DNA of 24,000 bases from Jongsikchunia kroppenstedtii DSM 45133 (GCF_000380485.1 NZ_AQYG01000043.1:22519-46518); one strand, 5' to 3'; positions 11,735 to 19,250 are shown, counted from the stretch's first letter. The notes: generated by a model not told the origin, from the sequence alone. Made by a program: numbers and translations.

Positions 11735-11777
11735 CACCGCCGCAATCGGATCAGTCCGGTTGCGGCGGTGTGCTTTT
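11735..11777 (+). terminator. Rho-independent terminator-like hairpin after the small antitoxin-like gene
   Basis: 16-bp stem (11735-11750 pairs with 11755-11770, one G-U pair), UCAG tetraloop, then TGCTTTT. The 3' arm contains the lipase GTG at 11768. Confidence 0.55.
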
Positions 11778-13003
11778 CGGCGGCCTTGCTGACGCTGGTG
11801 GCTGCCTGCGGCTCCGGTTCGTCGAATCCGGAGCCGGCCGCGTCGTCCGGAACCGCCGCCGGGACGACGGCGCCCCAGCAGCCGTCGGCGTTGCCGGCGG
11901 CACCGAGTGCCGCCGATCGGGGTGCGCTGATCCGGCAGGAGTCGTATTCCGGAGGCGGAGGCCTTACGGAGTACCGCGGCCGCCGGATCGTCTACCGGTC
12001 GACCGCGGGCTACCGTCCCGGCGCGGCCACCGGTGAATTCGGCACGCAGGTGTCGGGGGTGGTACTGATACCGAACGGCATTCCGCCGGCCGGCGGCTGG
12101 CCGATCGTCGCGTACGGGCACGGCACCACCGGGACCGCACCGAACTGCGGGCCGTCGGGCTACGCGAATCTGCTGGGCGGCGCGGGCACGGTCGCCTCGC
12201 TGCTGAAGGAGGGGTGGGCCGTCGCGGTTCCTGACTACCAGGGCCTCGGCACGCTCGTCCCGAACGCGCAGCCGCATCCGTATCTCGAGCCGCGCACCGC
12301 CGCGTTCAACATGATCGACGCTGTCCGTGCAGCGCGCCATACCTTCGCCGACATCGGCGCCACCTGGGCCGCGATCGGATCGTCGCAGGGCGGCCAGGCC
12401 GCGTGGGCATCAGCCGAGTATGCGGGCGACTACGGCAGTGGCCTGCGGTTCGTCGGCGCGACCGGCTCGGCGCCGGCGGCCGATATCTCACCGGTCGTGC
12501 GCGGCGCCGCGACGGTCTACACCACCACGCAGAAGATGTTCCTCCCCGTGATCTTCGACGGTCTCAAGGCGCAGTATCCGCAGCTGAACGAGGCCGACTA
12601 CTTCCGCGGCGAGATCGCCGCCAACCAGGCGACCCTCACCAGTTGCGGCCCGGGCTACCTGCAGTCGCGGATCGGTGCGGCGCTCAGCTTCCAGCCCGGG
12701 GACGCGGCGATGACGAACGCGGCCGGAGACGTGGTGCGACCGATGCTGCAGGCGCGTGCCCTGCCGCAGCGACGAGCCGCCGGACCGCTGTACTTCGCGT
12801 ATGGCGACCAGGACCAGATAGTCAATGCTGAGTGGACCACGGCGGCCATCGGCCGTGCCTGCCGGTTGGGCGACGTCATCGACTCCGAGATCGTGCCCGG
12901 TAAGGGGCATACCGATGTCGGCCGTTCCGGGCAGGAGATCGATTGGCTACGGGGTCGCTTCGCCGGTCGTCCGGCGCCGAACACCTGTCCTGCCGGGAGT
13001 TGA
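11768..13003 (+). CDS. Secretory lipase (LIP family) / alpha-beta hydrolase, probable lipoprotein
   Basis: Lipobox LVAAC-GSGSS, HGTTGTAPNCGPS, PDYQGLG, and nucleophile elbow GSSQGG. The only canonical start is GTG 11768, and start confidence is lower than the gene call. Confidence 0.7.
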   Translation: MCFSAALLTLVAACGSGSSNPEPAASSGTAAGTTAPQQPSALPAAPSAADRGALIRQESYSGGGGLTEYRGRRIVYRSTAGYRPGAATGEFGTQVSGVVLIPNGIPPAGGWPIVAYGHGTTGTAPNCGPSGYANLLGGAGTVASLLKEGWAVAVPDYQGLGTLVPNAQPHPYLEPRTAAFNMIDAVRAARHTFADIGATWAAIGSSQGGQAAWASAEYAGDYGSGLRFVGATGSAPAADISPVVRGAATVYTTTQKMFLPVIFDGLKAQYPQLNEADYFRGEIAANQATLTSCGPGYLQSRIGAALSFQPGDAAMTNAAGDVVRPMLQARALPQRRAAGPLYFAYGDQDQIVNAEWTTAAIGRACRLGDVIDSEIVPGKGHTDVGRSGQEIDWLRGRFAGRPAPNTCPAGS

Positions 13004-13028
13004 CCGCAGCTGGGGTTAGATAGCAGGC

Positions 13029-13487
13029 ATGGCGAAGGTGAATGTCTCCGGTGATCTGTCGTTGAGCCCGACCCAGGCGTGGGCGGCGTGTTCGGACCTG
13101 TCGCGGTTCGGTGATTGGCTCACCATCCACGAGACCTGGCGCAGCCCGCTCCCGGCTCCCGACGAGATCGGCGCCGGCACCAAGCTGTCGTCGATCATCA
13201 AGGCCAAGGGCACTCGGGTGCGGTTCGAGTGGACCATCTCCGAGTACCAGCCGCCGGCCGACGATTCGTCGTCCGGCACCGTGACGCTCAAGGGCGACGG
13301 CAAGGGCGGCGTGAAGACCGATGTCACCCTGTCGGTGAAACCGGCCAAGTCGGGTTCGGCCGTGGGCATCGAGGCGAATCTCGGCGGACTGCCGCTGATC
13401 GGCCTGGCCGGCAAGGCCGCGGCGAAAGTGATCAAGGGCGACCTGGAGAAGTCGCTAGCGAATATCAAGCGGGAGTTCGACTCCTAG
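13029..13487 (+). CDS. SRPBCC (polyketide cyclase/dehydrase-like) protein, Rv0910-like toxin-family candidate
   Basis: 152 aa. The N-terminal MAK..S..L....AW...SDL.RFGDWLTIHETWRS resembles my recollection of Rv0910 (YREWLTIHKVWRS). GDGKGGVK is also shared. Confidence 0.7.
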   Translation: MAKVNVSGDLSLSPTQAWAACSDLSRFGDWLTIHETWRSPLPAPDEIGAGTKLSSIIKAKGTRVRFEWTISEYQPPADDSSSGTVTLKGDGKGGVKTDVTLSVKPAKSGSAVGIEANLGGLPLIGLAGKAAAKVIKGDLEKSLANIKREFDS

Positions 13488-13532
13488 CGGGCTCTGTTCA
13501 GTCCAGTCCGATGCGAACGAAAGCGTAAGTCC

Positions 13533-13874
13533 ATGAACACTTTTCAGCGCGTTGCGAAGGCGATGAATTCGGTCGTGATGCCCATCCTGCGCATCCCGGG
13601 GCTGTCGGGCCTGGCCGCCAAGTCGATGACGGTGCTGGTCTATCGGGGCCGACGCTCCGGGAAGTCATTCGAGCTGCCGGTGGGATATCGGCGGAGCGGC
13701 GAGAACACGCTGCAGGTCGCCGTGGCCATGCCCGATCAGAAGACGTGGTGGCGCAACTTCACCGGCGACGGTGCGGATCTCACCGTCCGCCTACCCGAGG
13801 GCGATCGATCCGGTCATGCGGTCGCGACGCGCGACGATGCGGGCCGGGTACTGGTGGCCATCGAACTGCGCTGA
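13533..13874 (+). CDS. Nitroreductase-family deazaflavin (F420)-dependent oxidoreductase-like split-barrel protein
   Basis: YRGRRSGKSFELPVGY and TWWRNF resemble the TGRKSGK..TP..Y / WY.NL motifs of the Ddn / F420H2-quinone reductase family. At 113 aa it is short for that family. Confidence 0.5.
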   Translation: MNTFQRVAKAMNSVVMPILRIPGLSGLAAKSMTVLVYRGRRSGKSFELPVGYRRSGENTLQVAVAMPDQKTWWRNFTGDGADLTVRLPEGDRSGHAVATRDDAGRVLVAIELR

Positions 13875-13885
13875 TTGCCCTGCAG

Positions 13886-14593
13886 CTAGGACGCTGAGCC
13901 GGTCGGCGGATATGCGACGTCTGACGTCCACCCTTCGTCGGGGCGGGTAGCGGCCTGCCACATCGCCTCCGCGATCGGCGGCGGGGAGAACTCGCCCTCG
14001 TCGGCGAGGATGCCGTCGATTTGCAGGCAGACCGCGCGGACGCCGACTGGCTTGAGGGCGGTGTCGAGGCTGCGGGTGAGATTGCGCAGACCGGCCTTCT
14101 GCACCCCGAGGGACGCTGCCTTGAACCAGGGCTTGTCGGCCGCGGCACTTCCGGTGACCAGGACGCGAGCGCCGGGAGGCAGTGCGGGCCGAGCCGCCTG
14201 GACCGCCGGGAGCAGTGCGGCGACTCCGAGCGCGAGATCGGCCAGCAGTTCGTCTGCGGTCAGCTCGAGCGGATCCTTCTCGCGCCATGCGCTCGGGTTG
14301 AAGTGCAGCACGTCGATGCGGCCGTACCGGTCGGCGACCTCCGTGACCGCGCGTTCGGTGTCGACGGCGCTGGACAGGTCGACCGCGATCCCCTCGGCGT
14401 TATTCCCCTCGTCGGTCAGCGCGGCCGCGAGCTGCGCGACCCGATCGGCGTTTCGGGCGCCCAGCACGGCGACATGGCCGGCCCGCGCGAACCGGCGGGC
14501 GGCGGCGAGGCCCAGTCCGGGTCCGACGCCGAGGCCGAGATAGACCGGAGCATTCTTGTCCACCCGGGCGATGTTGTCGGAGTTGACGTTCAT
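13886..14593 (-). CDS. SDR family oxidoreductase
   Basis: Rossmann-like LGLGVGPGLGLAAARRFARAGHVAVLGARN and an SDR-sized product. ATG 14593 is preferred over the TTG at 14599. Confidence 0.7.
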   Translation of the reverse strand: MNVNSDNIARVDKNAPVYLGLGVGPGLGLAAARRFARAGHVAVLGARNADRVAQLAAALTDEGNNAEGIAVDLSSAVDTERAVTEVADRYGRIDVLHFNPSAWREKDPLELTADELLADLALGVAALLPAVQAARPALPPGARVLVTGSAAADKPWFKAASLGVQKAGLRNLTRSLDTALKPVGVRAVCLQIDGILADEGEFSPPPIAEAMWQAATRPDEGWTSDVAYPPTGSAS

Positions 14594-14665
14594 GGTCAAC
14601 CCGACGGCGCTGGGCTGACGGGATCGTCGGCGGCCGCTGACGTAGACTCCGACACGGCTGTTTCA

Positions 14666-14738
14666 GCCCTCGTAGCTCAGGGGATAGAGCACGGCTCTCC
14701 TAAAGCCGGTGTCGCAGGTTCGAATCCTGCCGAGGGCA
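14666..14738 (+). tRNA. tRNA-Arg (anticodon CCT)
   Basis: Hand-folded cloverleaf. Acceptor GCCCTCG/CGAGGGC, D arm GCTC/GAGC, anticodon stem CGGCT/AGCCG with loop CTCCTAA, variable loop GTGTC, T arm GCAGG-TTCGAAT-CCTGC, discriminator A. The 3' CCA is not fully encoded. Confidence 0.9.
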
Positions 14739-14751
14739 CCGCACGGGCGTC

Positions 14752-15477
14752 TCAGTAGACGCTGACGCGTCCCACACTCCGGTGCCAGTGGTTGTACCAG
14801 TCCCAGGCCGAGGTGACGGCAAAACCGGCGCCGCAGGCGGTGGCAAAGGCCCAGACCGCGGGCGCGGTTGCCGGGCTGACGCTGAACATCGCCGACACGG
14901 CCTTGACCGCACAGGCGAGCACGCCGCACGCGCTGGCCAGGATGTAGCCGGCGACCATCGTCCGCATCTTGGTCTCGTAGAGCACCGGCCAGAACAGGTA
15001 TGCGCTGTACGCGAGTGCGTAGGCCAGGACGCCGGTGAGCGCCAGCCAGTACCAGACCAGCCAGACGCCGTCGTCGACGGCGAAGAAGTCGTGCGCCTGC
15101 TCCTGCTTCCCGTCGGCCAAGAAGAACGCGAGCATCACGGGAATGATGAGCAGGCAGGGCAGTTCGACGCGCTGCTGGAACTTGCGCTGGAGCTCTTCGT
15201 CAGGATTGCGCATGTAGAGCGCGGTCATGAGGATCGACGACGCCGCCACCACATAGCAGTCGTGTCCGATCAGATTGGTGAGGTTGCCGTAGCCGGTGCG
15301 GTCGTACAGCCACTGGCCGAGAGTGTCGTTCGTGACCGGCAGCATCAGCAGCACGGCGCATCCCTGCAGCAGCAGGTTGATGGTGATTCCGCGCTCGGCT
15401 GGACTCGACCACGTGGCATGGCGGATGAGCAGCGCCGCAATAATCGCAACAATCGCGATGAAGGCGGGGATTGGCAT
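14752..15477 (-). CDS. Seven-helix integral membrane protein of unknown function
   Basis: 241 aa with about 7 hydrophobic helices. AGGA lies 4 nt upstream of ATG 15477. The stop is 13 nt from the tRNA 3' end. It is co-directional with and 66 nt downstream of the XRE gene. Confidence 0.7.
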   Translation of the reverse strand: MPIPAFIAIVAIIAALLIRHATWSSPAERGITINLLLQGCAVLLMLPVTNDTLGQWLYDRTGYGNLTNLIGHDCYVVAASSILMTALYMRNPDEELQRKFQQRVELPCLLIIPVMLAFFLADGKQEQAHDFFAVDDGVWLVWYWLALTGVLAYALAYSAYLFWPVLYETKMRTMVAGYILASACGVLACAVKAVSAMFSVSPATAPAVWAFATACGAGFAVTSAWDWYNHWHRSVGRVSVY

Positions 15478-15543
15478 GGGTCCTACAACTTAATCGGGGC
15501 CGCCGACCACCCCCGATGGTGGCGCCGGAGGAACAGCTGAGTG

Positions 15544-15930
15544 TCAGTAGGCGTGTGTTCCGCGGATGAACACTTCGCGCTGGCGCTTGCCGACCTGCTT
15601 GGCGGTCGTAGTAGCCGTGGTGGGCTGCGTGAGAACTGCGGCAGCCGACGCTGAACGGCCCTCGCCGGAAGGTACCCGACCCTCGACGAGGTCCATGAAA
15701 TCGCGAACATCGGCGATGTCGATGACACCGCACCAGTTGAGCAGCCCGACCAGGTTGACACCGAAGTGCTGAGCGATCGCGCTGAAGTCGGTTGAGGTCA
15801 TCGTGCCGTTGCGGCAGCGGTTGCTGTACGTCTGCCGCGTGACGCCGAGTAGATCGGCGACCTCCTGCTGGTTGATCTCGCGCTCAAGCATCCTGGTCAG
15901 GTAGGCCTCGGGGCGGTTGATACTAAGCAT
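15544..15930 (-). CDS. XRE-family helix-turn-helix transcriptional regulator
   Basis: HTH segment INQQEVADLLGVTRQTYSNRCRNG. ATG 15930 is preferred over TTG 15936 because TAGTGT lies 6 nt upstream. Confidence 0.8.
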   Translation of the reverse strand: MLSINRPEAYLTRMLEREINQQEVADLLGVTRQTYSNRCRNGTMTSTDFSAIAQHFGVNLVGLLNWCGVIDIADVRDFMDLVEGRVPSGEGRSASAAAVLTQPTTATTTAKQVGKRQREVFIRGTHAY

Positions 15931-15936
15931 GGCCAA

Positions 15937-15966
15937 ACACTACCGGCTGGTGGCGGACAGATTCAA
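15937..15966 (-). promoter_or_regulatory. Predicted promoter of the XRE gene (TTGAAT-N18-TAGTGT, leaderless)
   Basis: On the minus strand, -35 TTGAAT (15961-15966) and -10 TAGTGT (15937-15942), with the A of the ATG 7 nt downstream. A tandem direct repeat TCAAGT-A-TCAAGT (15963-15975) overlaps the -35. Confidence 0.45.
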
Positions 15967-16007
15967 GTATCAAGTGCCCAGTACGTTATAAATTTTTGAC
16001 ACAAGGC

Positions 16008-16035
16008 TTGCATTTCATAACGCATTCGGTAATGT
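16008..16035 (+). promoter_or_regulatory. Outward-facing sigma-70-like promoter with no downstream ORF (TTGCAT-N16-TAATGT)
   Basis: Lies in the only strongly AT-rich stretch of the window. An imperfect inverted repeat CGTTATAAAT (15984-15993) / ATTTCATAACG (16012-22) brackets a TTGACA (15996-16001) and the -35. Confidence 0.35.
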
Positions 16036-16214
16036 CGTGCGTACTCCAGCACGACCGAGGGGTCGGAGTCGAAGGGCCGTACGGCGGGGGCCGTCGGCCG
16101 ATTCCGTTGTGTCGTGTCGGCCATCGAGTAAGGGGTCGTCCGGTAGTGGTCGGGGGCTACATCGCTCCGAGCGGTGCAGCAACACTACTGGCGGTCGGGG
16201 AGGACTCGGTACGA

Positions 16215-16251
16215 AAGAGCGGGTGGCAGGGATACCCTGCAACCCGCTCTT
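16215..16251 (-). terminator. Strong hairpin terminator downstream of the ABM gene (possibly bidirectional)
   Basis: 10 bp + 6 bp stem with a single G/A mismatch and an ATA triloop. It begins 19 nt after the ABM stop and ends in CUCUUU on the minus strand. Confidence 0.55.
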
Positions 16252-16269
16252 CGTGCGTTGTGGGTCGGT

Positions 16270-16578
16270 TCAGAGGGCGCCGCGGTCGGCATCGCCGGCC
16301 GGGATCGGGTTGGCGACGGTGACCTCCAGCGGACCTGCGAGCAGGGTGCCGATCTTCTCCGTCAGGCCGGTCAGCGCAGGCGCTTTGCCGTGCACGCCCA
16401 GGTCTTCGACGCTGGCCCACTTCTCCACCATCACGAAACCCTCCGGAGCCTCGTGCAGCGAGTAGAGTTCGCAGCCCGGCTCGGCGTGGACTGCCGGAAT
16501 CACCTCCAGGAGTGCCGCTTTGACGGCGTCGCGGTGTTCGGGTTGCGGGGTGATCTTGGCGATGACTGTGACGGACAT
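16270..16578 (-). CDS. Antibiotic biosynthesis monooxygenase (ABM) family / putative quinol monooxygenase
   Basis: About 100 aa with the ferredoxin-like ABM pattern (VIAKITPQPEHRDAVKAALLEVIPAVHAEPGCELYSLHE...FVMVEKWASVEDL..H). TACGGT 7 nt upstream supports ATG 16578. Confidence 0.8.
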   Translation of the reverse strand: MSVTVIAKITPQPEHRDAVKAALLEVIPAVHAEPGCELYSLHEAPEGFVMVEKWASVEDLGVHGKAPALTGLTEKIGTLLAGPLEVTVANPIPAGDADRGAL

Positions 16579-16664
16579 GACTTTCACCGTAGGCGACCGT
16601 CACGATTTTCGGTTGTACCCCGTCGATATGGCGAGCACCCATCGTGAAGCGAGAGGATGAACCG

Positions 16665-17420
16665 ATGAAGATCGCAGTCGCCGGAGGTACAGGAGTCGCG
16701 GGTCGCCGAGTCGTCGAGGCGTTGATCGCCGCGGCACATGAGCCCGTCGTGCTCGCGCGCTCGACCGGAGTCGACGTACTGACCGGCGCGGGCCTGGATG
16801 CCGCGCTGGCCGGGGTCGATGCGGTGGTCGACGCCACCAACAAGATGACGACGAGTCGCCGAACGGCGGTGAAGTTCTTCGAGACCGCCGGCCGCAACCT
16901 GACCGCCGCCGCGTCCCGGGCCGGTGTCGGGCACTTCGTCACGTTGTCGATCGTCGGCATCGACCGGGTCGACTACGGCTACTACGAGGGAAAGCTGGTG
17001 CAGGAGAAGATCGTTCGTGAATCCGGCTTGCCGTACACGATCCTGCGCGCCACGCAGTTCCACGAGTTCGCCGATCAGGTGCTGAAGCTGACGCCCGGCC
17101 CGGTCGCGTTCATTCCACGAATGCAGAGCCGGACCGTTGCGGTCAGCGAGGTCGGGCAGGCGCTGGCCGAGATCGCCACCTCCTCGCCGCAGAGGATGGT
17201 CGAGATCGCCGGGCCGCAGGTCGAGTCGATGCTCGATCTCGCGCGTCGACTGGTCAAGGCGCGGGGCGCGCATCGGGTGGTGCTCCCGTTGTGGATGCCG
17301 GGTTCCGGTGCCAAGGCGATGGCGTCGGGCGGCCTGCTGCCGACCGATCCGAACAGCCGGCGCGGCCGCATCGGCTTCGACGAATGGCTCGCCACCGTGG
17401 GGGCTCCGAGCGCCCCGTAG
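16665..17420 (+). CDS. NAD(P)H-binding NmrA-like / atypical SDR protein
   Basis: MKIAVAGGTGVAGRRVVEAL Rossmann start. GAGAGGA Shine-Dalgarno upstream of ATG 16665. Divergent from the ABM gene. Confidence 0.8.
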   Translation: MKIAVAGGTGVAGRRVVEALIAAAHEPVVLARSTGVDVLTGAGLDAALAGVDAVVDATNKMTTSRRTAVKFFETAGRNLTAAASRAGVGHFVTLSIVGIDRVDYGYYEGKLVQEKIVRESGLPYTILRATQFHEFADQVLKLTPGPVAFIPRMQSRTVAVSEVGQALAEIATSSPQRMVEIAGPQVESMLDLARRLVKARGAHRVVLPLWMPGSGAKAMASGGLLPTDPNSRRGRIGFDEWLATVGAPSAP

Positions 17421-17469
17421 TGACCGCGAACGGCCGGTTCCGAGGCGCGCGATCGCGTAGGTTCGGGGC

Positions 17470-18288
17470 ATGGGAACGACGATCGTGGATCGGCCGGCCG
17501 TTGTCGCGGCCCTGGATTCGGTGTGGGCGACCATCGACGGTCTGGTCGCCGAGCTGGACGACGCGGGGTGGCGCTCTCCGTCGTCGTTGCCGGGGTGGTC
17601 AGTCGCTGACCTGGTGGCGCACATCATCGGCACGGAGCGCTTCCTGCTCGGCGAGCAGCCGCCGGAGCCGGACGTCGACGTCACCGAACTCGATCATGTG
17701 CGTAACGACATCGGCGCCCTGAACGAGAAGTGGATCCTGCACTACCGCGCACAGGGCACCGGACAGCTGCTCGCCGACTTCCGTCAGGTCACTGCCACGC
17801 GGCGGGCACAGTTGGCCGAGGCGACCGACGAATCCTTTGCGGTGCAGGGCTTCACGCCGGCCGGGCCGGACACGTATGGGCGATTCATGCGGATCCGGGT
17901 GTTCGACTGCTGGATGCACGAGGTGGACATCCGGGACGCGCTCGGCCTGCCGGCCCCGTCGGACGCCGAGACCGCGGACGTCGCCTACTCGGAGATTGCG
18001 AACATCATGCCGTACGTGGTCGGCAAGAAGGCCGGGACGCCGGACGGATCAGCGGTGCGAATGTCAGTGTCCGGCTTGCTGAATCGTGCTATCGATGTCG
18101 CGGTGGATGGCCGGGCGGCTCTGGTGCCGGGGCTCGACCGGCAGCCCGATGTCGTGCTGGCCTGCGACACAATCGAATTCGCTCGACTCGCCGGCGGACG
18201 CGCCAACGCCGATCCCGCTGCGGTCGCGGTCTCCGGCAACGCCGACCTCGCCGCCCCCATCATCGCCAATCTCGCGTTCACGATCTGA
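17470..18288 (+). CDS. Maleylpyruvate isomerase-family mycothiol-dependent enzyme (TIGR03083 / DinB-like)
   Basis: N-terminal DinB-like pattern (W..PS.LPGWSV.DLVAHI.G.E). About 270 aa with a C-terminal SCP2-like tail. TAGGTT lies 6 nt upstream of ATG 17470. Confidence 0.75.
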   Translation: MGTTIVDRPAVVAALDSVWATIDGLVAELDDAGWRSPSSLPGWSVADLVAHIIGTERFLLGEQPPEPDVDVTELDHVRNDIGALNEKWILHYRAQGTGQLLADFRQVTATRRAQLAEATDESFAVQGFTPAGPDTYGRFMRIRVFDCWMHEVDIRDALGLPAPSDAETADVAYSEIANIMPYVVGKKAGTPDGSAVRMSVSGLLNRAIDVAVDGRAALVPGLDRQPDVVLACDTIEFARLAGGRANADPAAVAVSGNADLAAPIIANLAFTI

Positions 18289-18306
18289 GCAACGCCACCG
18301 CGTGAC

Positions 18307-19230
18307 TCAGTCCAACGCGATGACCAGGTCGCCCAGCTGCGTCTGATCGGTGATGACCTCGATCGATGCGATGCGACCCGCTCGGATCGTCACGCCGAAC
18401 ATCGCGCGCGGCACGTCGTCGGGCGCCCACACCGCGGCGGGGACTCCCTCGACGAGACCGACGCGGGCCTCCTCCGCGCGACCGGCGAACACGCGCGCCA
18501 CCGCATCCGCGCCGACGACGTGCTCATCGAGCAGCGGTGCCCCGTGGTCGGCGTTGCCCGCAGCATAGGCGACGGTGCGTGGATCGGTGCGCAGCTCGAC
18601 CTCGGGGTCGAGCAACTGCAGCAGCGCCCCGAAGTCGCCCCGGCGCGACGCGGCGAGGAACGCATCGACGGCCTCGCGCTGCCGGGTCTGTTCCGCGACC
18701 GGGTCGGCCGCCTGGACCCGACTCCGGGCACGGGAGGCGAGTTTCCGGGTCGCGGCCGGAGTGCGCTCGACGATCGGCGCGATCTCGTCGAACGGCATCC
18801 CGAACAAGTCGTGCAACACGAAGGCCAGACGCTCGGCGGGCGACAGTGCGTCGAGCACGACGAGCAGCGCCGCGCCGATCGCGTCGGCAGCGACGGCCTC
18901 GGCCTCCGGGCCGATCGGGATCACCGTGCCGGCCGGCGTATCGCTCTGCTCGTCCACGGTGGCGACGTCCTCCACCGGGTCTTCGGGACGGGCTCCACGG
19001 GCGCGGAGCATGTCGAGGCATATCCGGGAAACGACCGTCGTCAACCAGCCGGCCAGATTCTCCACGGCGGCGATGGCGGCGCGCTGCAGCCGGAACCAGC
19101 TCTCCTGCACGGCGTCCTCGGCGTCGGCGTACGACCCGAGGATCCGATAGGCGATGATCCGCAGCCGCGGACGCTGCTCCTCGAACGCGAGTGCCAAATC
19201 GGCAGGGGCGGCGGGCATATCGGTGGTCAC
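18307..19230 (-). CDS. ECF sigma factor with fused C-terminal regulatory domain (ECF41 / SigJ-like)
   Basis: Region 2 (DAEDAVQESWFRLQRA), region 4 (LSPAERLAFVLHDLFGMPFDEIA), and a C-terminal SnoaL-like extension of about 110 aa. No adjacent anti-sigma gene. The start is either GTG 19230 (GAGGAG upstream) or ATG 19218. Confidence 0.85.
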   Translation of the reverse strand: MTTDMPAAPADLALAFEEQRPRLRIIAYRILGSYADAEDAVQESWFRLQRAAIAAVENLAGWLTTVVSRICLDMLRARGARPEDPVEDVATVDEQSDTPAGTVIPIGPEAEAVAADAIGAALLVVLDALSPAERLAFVLHDLFGMPFDEIAPIVERTPAATRKLASRARSRVQAADPVAEQTRQREAVDAFLAASRRGDFGALLQLLDPEVELRTDPRTVAYAAGNADHGAPLLDEHVVGADAVARVFAGRAEEARVGLVEGVPAAVWAPDDVPRAMFGVTIRAGRIASIEVITDQTQLGDLVIALD

Positions 19231-19250
19231 CAGACTCCTCAATCGATCGC

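Noticed and set aside
13017-13028. Leaderless promoter for the SRPBCC gene (TAGATA-N6-ATG)
   Set aside because: The hexamer ends in A and so does not fit TANNNT. The evidence is weaker than for the other genes, so no promoter was called.
16034-16200. Recurrent GGTCG / GTCG motifs as a CRISPR-like or tandem-repeat array
   Set aside because: Spacing is irregular (6 to 45 nt) and the units are only 4-8 nt with no spacer-repeat periodicity. They are better described as compositional strand skew.
16226-16240. Similarity of the terminator core GCAGGG-ATA-CCCTGC to the tRNA T-arm GCAGG-TTCGAAT-CCTGC as a possible att remnant
   Set aside because: Only the 5-bp stem matches. The loop and flanks differ, and a match this short is expected by chance in GC-rich DNA.
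14666-16270. Calling the tRNA-Arg flank an integrated prophage or genomic island
   Set aside because: There is no integrase, excisionase or structural gene. I could find no direct repeat of the tRNA 3' end within the window. Only about 1.5 kb separates the tRNA from ordinary metabolic genes. It is kept only as a hypothesis in the findings.
15996-16465. Plus-strand ORFs 15996..16322 (108 aa) and 16037..16465 (142 aa) as the product of the orphan promoter
   Set aside because: They have an Arg/Gly-rich nonsense composition and no ribosome-binding site. They run through a strong hairpin and then antisense into the ABM gene. GTG 16037 lies 1 nt after the -10 hexamer.
16157-17684. Long minus-strand ORFs 16157..16960 (267 aa) and 16584..17684 (366 aa)
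   Set aside because: They are antisense to the NmrA-like and TIGR03083 genes and run across the ABM gene out of frame. Composition is Arg/Pro/Gly-rich with no recognisable motifs.
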